In this document: piece after piece, positions 1 to 11,121 of the stretch
Position numbering within the stretch: the stretch's first letter is position 1
Layout: the number at the start of each line of letters is the position of its first letter
Assembly (NCBI RefSeq): GCF_963506605.1
Contig: NC_083280.1
Span: 33,356,001 to 33,420,000 of the forward strand
From: Zootoca vivipara
Lineage: Eukaryota
Reading direction: 5' to 3'
DNA length: 64,000 nucleotides
Notes under the pieces: generated by a model
Seen by the model: only the letters and a program-made list of their open reading frames with translations
Database searches by the model: none
What the model was told of the DNA's origin: nothing
Made by a program: the position numbers and the translations under genes

Positions 1-1902
1 TGCCTTCAATTCTGGCAGGCAAGGGTTTTGGTTGCTACAGGCTGTTGTTTTTTTAGGTTTAGGTTTCCCCCACCAACAGTGTTTTCCCTCTGCAGGAGGG
101 AAATTCATAAATTAAGTGGCCCTAGTTCAACCCAGTGTCCATTTCTTTCTCTTTAGTTTGGCATCAAGTCTCAATGAAAGTTCTTAACATTTGAACAATA
201 TATTAACACTCATTTTGACAATACACAGCTAAATACCCTGGGCAACACAGTACTTTAAAGTTCCTTGAATCCATCTGTTTTATGTTCCTTTATTTAAAGT
301 TGTTAGTATCTTTCAGCAATAAAAACACTGCAAGGAAACAATCAATATTAGTATTTTTAAGGAAATAGCTGTTGCACTCATGCCATTTATGGGCTTCCCA
401 GAGGCATCTCTCTGATCCTGTAGGGATATTGCTGTGTTATTAAGTAATGTCAACCAGTACTAGGGAAGGATCCATATGTGCAGGAGCCATTTTATGTGAC
501 CTCAACAATGGGCCCCATGCTGCACACACACTAAACAACCACCTGCAGTTGGAGCGTCTAGGAGAGTCAAGGGAAGGATCAGGGCCAACCCAATACATTT
601 TGGTCCCTGAGATCAATCTCAAAATAGTACCTCCCTACCAGTAAATAAAGGGTTAGGGAAGATCTCATCAGGAACAAGGAATGGGGAAGAGAGATCAACA
701 TTGGTATCTGCTGCCCCTTCCAGGAACTTCCTTCTATTCACTTTTCTTAAGATCCAAGCCATAGCAAATAAACCCCAGTAAATAAACCTAGAGACAGCCT
801 TTTGGTATAAATACATACATTATATATTCCATGAATACTTAATTCATTCAATTTATTACCCTCCCTTCATCAGTCAAGCCCCCAAGGTGCTATACAACTG
901 CTAAAACAATAAATACAACAAAACCACACAAACATTAGTCAAACATTAAAAGCCTAACCTCACAAGAACAAAACCACAGCGATACGTGTGTCAGAAAATG
1001 CCATGCTCTCCAAATATAACTAGACATGCAAACCTGCTTCCAGTTTCTTTGAACGAAGTAATGGCTGGGGAGGGCAATGGTACTGTAAGTATGTACGGTA
1101 AGTGAAGTACATGCTTTGAAGGGATTGCTGCATCAAACATCCATCAGAAAAGAAGTTAGTGCCTCGACCAGCTGTCATCATTTATCTAAAACAACAAATT
1201 CAATGAGTTTGTAAAAAGAACAAAACATACTCCAAAATGTTTCCAATGGAGACAACCCAGTCTGTGTGAAAACACTGGAAGCTGTGCTATGAAGCATAAG
1301 GCAGAAAAAGCTCTTTTGTAAGCAAATACTTTCATTTTGTTTTCGTTCATCTTTTCCTAAATGATTCCTCTGCCATGCTGAGCATTACATTTTACCATCC
1401 TTGAAGAACAAGTTCACACTGTTTATCTTGTTGGCTCCACAAGAACAACAGTTTAAAAATGAATAGATGCTGTAGGGCAAACAGTTGTGCTCAGAGGTTG
1501 AACTAACTATATAAGAATCAAAAAGGGACAAAAACATTAATCCTGCAGAAACCTTAACTGGTTTAGCTCACAGCTCATTCACAGAGAGATTTAATCACAT
1601 CACCAGGTATGAAGGCAAACAAGGTCTGGGAAGAGAAATCATGAAATTAAAAAAGGCTAAATTTTCTAGGAATGAGACAGTAGATATTTGCAAAGTTAGA
1701 GATGCACATTAATAAAATTATGTCCTTTATTTGATGGTTTTTCCCCAATTTGTGTTTAGTCTGTTGTTGAGACAGGATGGGTGGCATTGCTGTAACAAAG
1801 GAGACCCCCAAGATTGCCACACCCGTTGCAAGCATGCAGCAGTCCCACAGATAGCACACTTCTCTTCTGTTGCTCTGGATGGCAGTATTAATATATTTCT
1901 CT

Positions 1903-1904
1903 TT

Positions 1905-1943
<39 letters not shown>
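1903..1943. repeat. (TTTC)n microsatellite
   Basis: Direct reading. Confidence 0.95.
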
Positions 1944-1944
<1 letters not shown>

Positions 1945-4200
1945 TTGCTTTTCTATTTTATCACATTATCAACACGTACTGTGTTACAGACATACCGGTA
2001 CATAAATAATATGAAGTATAGAACAGGGACAGCTGATTGGTCGCCAGCTTTCAGACCTCCATATTTTTGTTTTGGATGGAGTCAAGTCATTGGAACCATT
2101 TTGGGGTGGCATATTATTGTTTCTTTTTGGCCAGAACAAGGTGATATTTTCATTTTTCATCAAAGAAGGAAGGTTCAAGTTTGGTATGGTTATCGATGAA
2201 AATTTGGCGCAATTTTCTTTTAAGTTGAAGACATTCATCGTCAAACCAGGGACCAGTTCTGTTTTTGAGTGTCCTGACTTTTGGTGGAGTATTAAGCTCT
2301 TCAAACGTTCTGAAAATGTCACTATATACCTCCAGAATGTCACTACGAGTAGTGATGTTTAGATTAAAGAGTACCTGGTTTCTAAAATCAACTAAGTTTT
2401 TGCCCCACTGCTACACTCATTTCCTGGGACAATTTTTGTTGGATCATTTGCTCATGTTGACAAATTAGTTATTTCTAAATCAAAGTTTACATTTATAGAA
2501 TCAACAATGGTTGTTGATCACTTTCAGTACGTGTCCCAACTCTAAACTCCACTATCAGATTTACAATGTTGCAAGGGACCAGCATATAGTCAATTACATT
2601 ACATCCTCGGTGGGGGAGATATGTAAATTCCCCATTTCTATCCCCATCTATTGAACCATTCACAATTTGTAAGCTAAAATTATTACACAGCTCAACCAAG
2701 CATATACCTTCCCTATTTATAACCTTATCTCTAGAGAGTCTTCCTATTTTCAGTGAATGTACAATTTCATTGGTGGCATTCCAATTTAAAAAGCTACTTA
2801 ATTGTTAGTTGTCAATACCCACCCTAGCATTAAAATCACCCACTATTATTAATGAGGTGTTTGGGTATCTTTCAATAAAATTTTCAATATAAAAGTTTAG
2901 TTGTGACCAGTTCTCAAAAGAGATATTGCTTGATGTAGTAAGGGAGATATAGATATTTACAAGCAGCAAAAATAAAATAAAATCATTTTTAGAAGTTAAA
3001 TGGAGAGCTTGTGCAAATAAAGAGCATTTTTGTTTGACTTCAAACCCTAGGGTGCATTTAAATAGATAACAAATCCCTGCTTTAGGCCGGCTCTTAGAGT
3101 TAGGTTTTGATGCAGGGATCGTAAGGGGTAAAACCATTAATTTTGATGTCTCTAGTTGACCAGGTTTCTTGTAAAAGGATATCAAAATCTTCAAAGAAGT
3201 TCATTAAATATGGGTCACTGCCTTTGCTTTCCCACCCAGCAATGTTCCAGGACAGTAGGTGTACAGTTTGTTTTTTGGGTTTGAGACTGATAGGGGAATT
3301 TAGTCAATCAAGTTCAGTTATTAGATTGAGAGAAGGATTTTGTTCTACACAAATAAAACCATTTTCTGTTGCTTGGGGTAGGGGGCATATTGGTAGATAT
3401 GCTTTCTGGTGCTTTCTTGGAGCACCGGAAGATAAACCTCCCTCCCTTTCTTAGGTTTCTTCATCTGATATACCTTGGCCCTGAGGAACGTCTATAGATG
3501 TCAAATGGTTGCAGACACTGGATCTATTAACAGTCTCTACCTCATAGAGTCAAGCCTACCCAAGACTTGTTTGTTGCTCTTCTGAGGGAGGTTCCTATAG
3601 GAGCTAAGAAAATCATCTTCCAAGAGGTATGAAATGCTCTAATGCCTGGGATTGTTTGTTCGGAGGAATCAGCTGATCCTTTTGACCTTCCTGGTTATAT
3701 TGCTGTTGAGAATGGTTCTGGCCATGTAGCTGTTCTTGTTGAGCAGGAAGTATTTGCAAAGTAGCTTCTTGTTCACCAATCTCTAGAAGTTCTTGTGCCA
3801 GAGGTTTAAGGTTTGCTTTTTCCTGTTGCTCGCCGCTATGGTGAGATCTGTATAATGTGTACAGGTCTACTTCATAGTCCACCCAGCCTGTGTGGATATG
3901 TGGTGTAAGTTCTTTTTTGTCACAGTTATGGTCTGTCTGATGTTCGCCCAGAGCTATATTCGGGGTCTCTTTAATATATTCTCTTTATCTGGGCCAGGTT
4001 GAATCTTCCTGGGTCGAATTTCCCTGGTGGTTTACCCACTGATGAACAGTATGAGGATTCCAGGGTCAGCATAGATGCAAAGGAGCAGCATGATACATTA
4101 TGAACTAGATTAGGTCCAAAGCTCTTTTCAAGTTTTGTGATAATGGGTTCTTTGCCAGCTAAGAACCCTAGAAGCCAGTTCGCACAAAGAGATACAATAC
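1903..4200 (-). mobile_element. Degenerate non-LTR retrotransposon: apurinic endonuclease (APE) domain and linker, no RT seen, followed by a (GAAA)n tract
   Basis: Minus-strand motifs SWNIAGW, LLQETW, IIVGDFNARVG, LQIVNG..GEFTY, VIDY, ESDQQPL and linker PWFDDEC, broken by stops and frameshifts; (TTTC)n at 1903-1943. Upper boundary uncertain. Confidence 0.7.
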
Positions 4201-4919
4201 AATACAAAGAGATTCAATAGAATGAAATTACAGTTATCACAACTAGTAGTTAGCACATTTTTCAAAAACTGAAGCTTGCACCAAACTCAAGTTTTTTGAA
4301 TCCTTTGCAGAATTTGGTTGGGGGGATAAATGGCAAAGTGTCCGTTTCCCACTAACTCATCATTTCTGTGTGCTTGATATTGTGGTTGAAGACTAACACA
4401 TGAAAAAAGAGTCCTAAAAGATTTTCTAAAGCTGGATTTGCCTTTGGAAATAGTGCTTCTATTTAGTCATCACAAAACTAATCCAATCTCAGGTATGTCT
4501 GACAGGCAAGCATATTTAAATTATGTCCATCAGCAAAATATTATTCTCATTTACACTTCTAGACATGCATACAATGAGTCTGTTTATGCCTCATGTATCA
4601 ATTAGGACATTTTGTGACTTCATTTAGGGCATATATTGGCACACACATAAATATTATTTATAAGAAGTTCCATAACTTTCTAGGTGAAAGGGAGAGGATT
4701 AACATATGCATGCAATATCTTTAACTTCTGTAACACTCTAGACAAAGACAAAATACCACTGACTGCTCCCCTTAATAAATGTCATTTGTGACCCACTTTA
4801 TTAAAATGTATTACTAGGGCTGCAAATCTCAGACTTTATTCACTAAACAACTCAGTCAGGACCCAAGTATTTGGGAATGTCAGACTTTGAGATTTGCAGG
4901 TAAGACCACTCTTGATCTC

Positions 4920-5262
4920 CCGTTGATGGATTAAGCCCTCTGGGAGGGGACACTGAACAGGGCCTTCTCTGTTGTGGCACCCCACATTTGGAATTCTCTC
5001 CCCCATGAGTTGTGCAAAGCCTCATTGTTGGTGTAGATTTGCCACTATCTTAAGACCTACAATTTTACTCTGCTATTTGGTAGGAATTAACTGGAAGAGC
5101 TTAATATTGCTGCTTACACTGTGTTATTTTAATTGACCAATTATATTGATTGGTTTTATAATTGGTTTTATTATTTTGATGTTTACTATAAGTAGTCTTG
5201 TGATATTCTTGGATGAAAGGCAGTACAGAAGCATAGTAAATAAATGATTAAAATAAAATAAA
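4920..5262 (+). mobile_element. Old L2-type LINE 3' fragment
   Basis: agggccttctctgttgtggcacccc..tggaattctctcccc (RAFSVVAP..WNSLP) followed by an AT-rich 3'UTR and (AAAT)n end. Confidence 0.6.
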
Positions 5263-5620
5263 GCTAATAGGTGTACTCAGGAGTGAATAGTACAAGAGCT
5301 GCTTTCTTGGTGTATTTGGCAAGTCCTGTCAACAGCCTTTCACAAAATCTGAATTATGCAGGGTATTGAGCTCTGGTGAAAACATAAAGAACATTTCATT
5401 ATCTCCTGTCAGTGCTGAGCCATAGCTGACTGGACCTTAACAGTTACAGAAAGTAGTAATTAAGTTCAATATATTTGGAAACCTGCTTAATCACCATAAT
5501 TCTTTAATTACAGTTATTAATTAGTTATTAACCAGATTGTAAATTGTCTCAGGCTGCTTTTAGTGCAACTGAATGATGCAGCTACTCATATCAGCAGATA
5601 ACCCTTTAATTCTAAAATGA

Positions 5621-5723
5621 AAATAAATAAAAAAATCCTTCCAGTAGCACCTTAGAGACCAACTAAGTTTGCCATAGGTATGAGCTTTCATATGCATGCA
5701 CACTTCTTCAGATCCATGTAACT
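5621..5723 (-). mobile_element. Penelope-like element, short 3'/pLTR fragment
   Basis: Same terminus as the other PLE copies (aaataaaaaaatccttccagtagcacc); 12-bp TSD ATTCTAAAATGA at 5609-5620 and 5724-5735. Confidence 0.8.
5678..5715 (-). ncRNA. Degenerate minimal hammerhead ribozyme motif (PLE)
   Basis: Minus: GGAT CTGAAGA A GTGTG CATG CATAT GAAA GCTC ATAC; G-U wobbles in stem II and a weakened stem I. Confidence 0.5.
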
Positions 5724-5859
5724 ATTCTAAAATGACTTAATGATGGCACCAAGAAGGCACTATGGTGAGTCAAAAGCAATGACATTTAGGTTACCTTCTT
5801 AATCTCCACTAGTTTCTTGCTTGAATTAGTGAGTTTAGCTGTGTCAAAATAGTAATGTT

Positions 5860-5958
5860 TAGGGAGGCTTTTAATGTTTAATAGATTACTGTGTTTTATT
5901 TTTCTGTTGGAAGCCGCCCAGAGTGGCTGGGGAAACCCAGCCAGATGGGCGGGGTATA

Positions 5959-5997
<39 letters not shown>

Positions 5998-6006
5998 TAA
6001 TAATAA
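5860..6006 (+). mobile_element. L2-type 3' end with (AAT)n tail
   Basis: gaagccgcccagagtggctggggaaacccagccagatgggcggggtataaat(aat)n. Confidence 0.7.
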
Positions 6007-6658
6007 TATATTGTTATTGTTATTGTTATTAATATTGTAAGGACAAAATAAATAACATGGTAATAAAGATATTTTTATCACACAAAGAGTGTAACTGATA
6101 TAGGAAGACAAAAAGGAATTAGGATGAAAGACACTAGTGATCAAATAATTTAATGTAGTGAACTTTACAGGGGGCAATAATGCAACATCTACAGATTAAG
6201 GAGGTTTGTACAAATAGCATAATTTCTACATACTCCTCAAAGTCTTGTTGCCTTATTGGCTAGCAAGTAAACAGCCCCAGTTGGCCAAAATGATTTCATT
6301 ACGTGGTAATTAAGGGCAAGTTCATTGTTATACTTCCCTGGTGGAGGCTCTTGAGAAACATTTATGCATAGCAATAATCCACACAGGGGTTGTAACATTT
6401 TAAATCTCATTTATTACAACGAAGATAGCCTTTACACATGGACAGACCCTCCACATCAGTTCTGTATATCCCTTAAAGCAGCTGCCATGGAAACTCTCTA
6501 GAAAATCAAGTAATTGTGGGACAATGCAAAAGAACTGAGCAAGCAGCTCTGAACTTAAACTGGGAAACTAATGTAACTCACTTGATGGCATGTTTGGTTG
6601 TATAAAACAGTAAACTACGTGACCACAGAAGCCATATACCTGTCCTATTTATATAAAG

Positions 6659-6797
6659 CAGGAGTGGGATACTTGTGGCTTTCCACATATTGTTGAGCCT
6701 ACGGAGATCATCAGCCCCAGCCAACATTGCAAGTGGGAAGGGATGGTGGTAGCTGAAGACCAACATCGGCTGGAAGGCCAAAGGTTCCCCACCCCTG
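6659..6797. mobile_element. Degenerate hAT MITE (URR1-like)
   Basis: CAGG...CCTG termini, imperfect palindrome, near-TSD ATATAAAG/ATATAAAA. Confidence 0.65.
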
Positions 6798-7130
6798 ATA
6801 TAAAACCTGGGATTCCAGTGCTAACATCAAAGTCAAACCACCCTCTTTCCCCACTTTATTGAAAGCCTCAAGAGTTTTAGTCCAAGACTTACAACTGGCA
6901 TTGAGGGCATGCTGAAGGGGAAATGAGTTTCAATGATGGATCCAGGAGGAATATGTGTAGGGGAGAAGTTCTGATTCTCTCAACTGCATGCCCCACTCCA
7001 TTTGATGTTAAAACTACGCACACACCATTTACATGTAAATGGAGAGGTGCAAACTTCATTGCCACCATCAAACCTGGAAGAGCCCTTGCTCACTGCCAAA
7101 AAGGGGGGAAATGAATATAAGACACATTAA

Positions 7131-7475
7131 AGGTGGCGCTGTGGTTAAACCACTGAGCCTAGGGCTTGCTGACCAGAAGGTCGGCGGTTCGAATCCCTGT
7201 GACGGGGTGAGCTCCCGTTGCTCGGTCCCAGCTCCTGCCAACCTAGCAGTTCGAAAGCACGTCAAAATGCAAGTAGATAAATAGGGACCGCTACAGCGGG
7301 AAGGTAAACGGCGTTTCCATGTCCTGCTCTGGTTTGCCAGAAGCGGCTTTGTCATGCTGGCCACATGACCTGGAAGCTATACGCCGGCTCCCTCGGCCAA
7401 TAATGCGAGATGAGCGCGCAACCCCAGAGTCGGTCACGACTGGACCTAATGGTCAGGGGTCCCTTTACCTTTACC
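7131..7475 (+). mobile_element. Sauria SINE, near full length
   Basis: tRNA-like head with B box GGTTCGAATCC, body ...gcaagtagataaatagg..., tail cctttacctttacc. Confidence 0.9.
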
Positions 7476-8621
7476 TAAAATATGTTTTATATAAGAATTA
7501 TATTCCATTCTATTTACCAACTACTGAATGCCTTTTATTCTTACAGGCCTTTATTTTATTTGGCAGACAATGTTTTAATTGTTGACACTACCTCTTTTTT
7601 TATTAAATAGCATACCCCAACTGCCTTGATTAAATCGGGAGATAACACAGCACAAAAAATGTGCAAGATGAGCTCATGCAAGATCATGGACCCTCAAACA
7701 CACATTTTTGGGCTCCATGATCTTACATGGGTCCCCACGTGGGATCACAGCTGGAAAGATGTGCATCCCAGTTTTCAAATAGGTGCTGTCAAATTTTTAA
7801 AAAGAAGAAGGTACATGATGGTACTTTTTCTTAAATAATATTTGTTCGCAATCTATAATAAAGCAGTTGGTTATTAAAAAGGTGGAGCTTCTCTGAAGGG
7901 ATCCTTTTCAGTATGGCATGTAAAAAGAACCACTGCAATTCAGAGGTGTCTTGTTTTTTAAAGCATTTTCTATGCCAAATTGTCTGCACAATTGGACTTC
8001 ACATTTATTTATTCTTTAGTTCTCAAAAGTGTGCAGTTTAGTATACATTCTGCCACACAGGATAAAAAGCTGTAGAATATGAACAGAAATGTTTTATCAC
8101 ATGGTTATCATTTGTCATCTTCAAGACTGCATGTTTCAAAAGTGGTTTCGAGCATTTATGATGCAATAGCTGACTTACTGCAGAAGACGTTAAGAGCTGA
8201 TTTGGAAGACAACACTGATTTCTAATGCCATCCCCAAAGGCTTCAGCAGGACAGTTAGCAACTCAAAAATAGCAGAAACCATGAACAAATGTGCAGTTTA
8301 GATAGGAGGAGGAGAAGCAAAAAGAGCTAATTCATCAATGACTAACAGCCAGGGTTACTTACCAGTAAACTCACTGCTGTGGAACAATACGTTTTATGTT
8401 TCACTATTTAACGTATTGCTGAACTACCTGTCCCTTAGTTTCTATGCCCACAGTCTTATACATGTAATACGTACTTTGCCCAAGAGACATCAGTGAGGTT
8501 CTTCTGCACAGAGCACATCAAGGGCTGCAACACCTCTTATCATACAAACTGTAACTTTCAGTAAATAAAATAAAAAAATTCCTTCAGTAGCACCTTAAAG
8601 ACCAACTAAGTTTTTATTTTG

Positions 8622-8659
8622 GTATGAGCTTTCGTGTGCATGCACACTTCTTCAGATAC
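8622..8659 (-). ncRNA. Minimal type-I hammerhead ribozyme motif (PLE)
   Basis: Minus: GTAT CTGAAGA A GTGTG CATG CACAC GAAA GC TC|ATAC. CUGANGA and GAAA core, stem I GUAU/AUAC, stem II GUGUG/CACAC, self-complementary AGCU in place of stem III. Confidence 0.7.
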
Positions 8660-9170
8660 AGTGAAATGGGAGTCCCCAGGCACTTATGTAGAGAAGGGGT
8701 GGGGAGGGGTGGGGATGGGGAGGGGGGATCACTCAGAAGGGTGGTGGAAATGGGTGATTGACTGACTGATAGCTGTTGATGACCGAAAACGACTGCAAAT
8801 GGTTTTGCATGAAAAAGCAAGGGTTGAGATGGCTGAAGATCGCTTATCATGTATAATGAGATAAGAACCCGATATCTCTGTTCAAACCAGGTCCCTCCAT
8901 GGTTTTGAGCTTGGTGATAAGTTGTAATTCAGCAACTTCTCTTTCCAGTCTATTTCTGAAATTCTTTTGTAGTAAGACAGCTACTTTGAGATCTTGTATA
9001 GAATGTCCTGGGAGATTGAAGTGTTCTCCTACTGGTTTTTCTGTCTTCTGGTTCCTGATGTCAGATTTATGTCCATTTATCCTTTGGCGTAGGGTTTGGC
9101 CTGTTTGTCCAATATAGAGAGCTGAAGGGCACTAGTAGCACCTTAAAGAACCAACTAAGTTTTTATTTTG

Positions 9171-9208
9171 GTATGAGCTTTCGTGTGCATGCACACTTCT
9201 TCGGATAC
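9171..9208 (-). ncRNA. Second hammerhead motif with core mutation (CUGAAGA to CCGAAGA)
   Basis: Identical to 8622-8659 except plus-strand tcgg instead of tcag. Confidence 0.55.
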
Positions 9209-11048
9209 AGTGAAATGGGAGTCCCCAGGCACTTATGTAGAGAAGGGGTGGGGAGGGGTGGGGATGGGGAGGGGGGATTACTCAGAAGGGTGGTGGAAAT
9301 GGGTGATTGACTGACTGATAGCTGTTGATGACGACTGCAAATGGTTTTGCATGAAAAAGCAAGGGTTGAGATGGCTGAAGATCGCTTATCATGTATAATG
9401 AGATAAGAATCCGATATCTCTGTTCAAACCAGTAAATAAAATATATTGTTTGCCTATGGCTTGGTTCAATATTCATATTTAATTCTCACATTTTTACACT
9501 ATCCTTCATCCCAAAGGATTCCAGGATATGGTATAATTCCACTAAATTTCAGAGGTTGGTATTCAGCTACGTTTCACAGAACTGTGTTGTTTTCACCGCC
9601 ATCACTACCATATGGTAGGCAGGACAATTCAAATTACTCAATAACTCAATTCAAATTGAGCAATGACAAAATGAGGCAAACAATATATTTTATTTACTGA
9701 GGGTTGCAGGGGAAATTGTGACTTTTAACACCTGCTATGAGGGGGGGGGGGGAATCACTGAACTGGTATACTTGACTACTCTTGATCTTATGCACAGATG
9801 CATACAAGAGCCACAACATGACCCTAAGAGATGCAATTAAATATTTGATTCATTGCATTGTATTTTAGTAACTACAGGAATCCAGAATGAGAACAAAATT
9901 GAACTTTATAGTGGGTGCATCTGTCCCAGCCTCATTTAATTTGACTTGCAAGGTACTAAACTAGGAACAACCAGAGAATAATAAATTGCATTCTGAATGA
10001 TAAAAATTTATGAAGTATACAAATTCAATTACAATAGCATTCAAACTATATCCAACGGAAAGAGTCATACCTCAATGCAGATGTTGTAAAATCTGACAGA
10101 TTTGTTGTTTTTAGGTTCCTCCTAGTGTTACAACTTTGCCTTGTGATACTTGCTTTTATACAACAGCATTTTGAGATGCTATTTTCATTGTTTTAAAACT
10201 TATTCAACTCATTTGTTACCTTCCTCAGTTTTCACCCTTAGATTACCTTTAAAATCCACAGAAATGTGCACAGCCTTGAACAGCTGATAAATTACCAACT
10301 AACCTTTCATAGATATAAGAGTATCACATACATATGGAAATGGTAAAGGCTCACTCAGGCTTACGTTGTAATTACGTGTACTTCTAATGTGAGATAAATA
10401 ATAAAGACCCTGCTAAATTCTGGCCTGATCAGAATTTATGCCAGAATCACATCTCAAATGGGACAAGCTGCAAGTCTGAAGAAGAACCAAGATGGGGCTA
10501 GTCAGCAGATACTGATAAATCTTCAATCCATAGTAGAACTTACTGCACAAGTGTAGGGACTTTACTAGACTTCACAGGATGCAATGAAGTCCTCTGCATG
10601 CATTGAGAGTAAGCAAATTGCATGGGCTGTATTGCTGAAGTTATTTCAATGACCTATCAGGGCCTTTGGGAAATATTTATTTATATAACTCCACCCATAT
10701 TTAGAGAAGAGGCCAGCTCCTGGCCCAGAGGATTTACTATCTATAATTTTACACAGGGGAGACTACAGAGGAAGGCAAGAATTGTTCCCCACCCCAGTTA
10801 CACATACGTACTTACATTTGGTTTCAGTAGGGGGACTGGCTGGACATTAAGGAGTGGTGGCTGGATACTGATGAGTGGGCACTGGAAGAAGTGGGATTGG
10901 AGACAGACTTGGAAGAAAGGATCAGTGATCTGGTGGAGCCTGTAACAGCCAGGAGATGAGACAGGAGAAGTTGCAGGATTGAAGAACAGGAGCAGGAGAA
11001 GGGAGAAATAGGTCAGGCTGCTGTAGAGTCATGGCAGGGCTTCTACAA

Positions 11049-11051
<3 letters not shown>

Positions 11052-11119
<68 letters not shown>
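11052..11119. repeat. (CTG)22 trinucleotide microsatellite
   Basis: Uninterrupted CTG run. Confidence 0.95.

Positions 11120-11121
<2 letters not shown>

Larger units (their letters stand above)
8573..9429 (-). mobile_element. Penelope-like element: GIY-YIG C-terminal fragment with partial tandem (direct) pLTR duplication
   Basis: Minus strand encodes PSALYIGQTGQTLRQRINGHKSDIRN...; 8590-8890 is repeated at ~9135-9430; 14-bp TSD CAGTAAATAAAATA at 8559-8572 and 9430-9443. Confidence 0.9.

Noticed and set aside
1888-3987. TTAATATATT(T)CTCTTT at 1888 and 3971 as the TSD of the APE element
   Set aside because: AT-rich and imperfect, and element-like sequence appears to continue beyond 3990
7131-7210. 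tRNA gene
   Set aside because: The A/B boxes belong to a SINE head; no cloverleaf (the same applies at 33153 and 52522)
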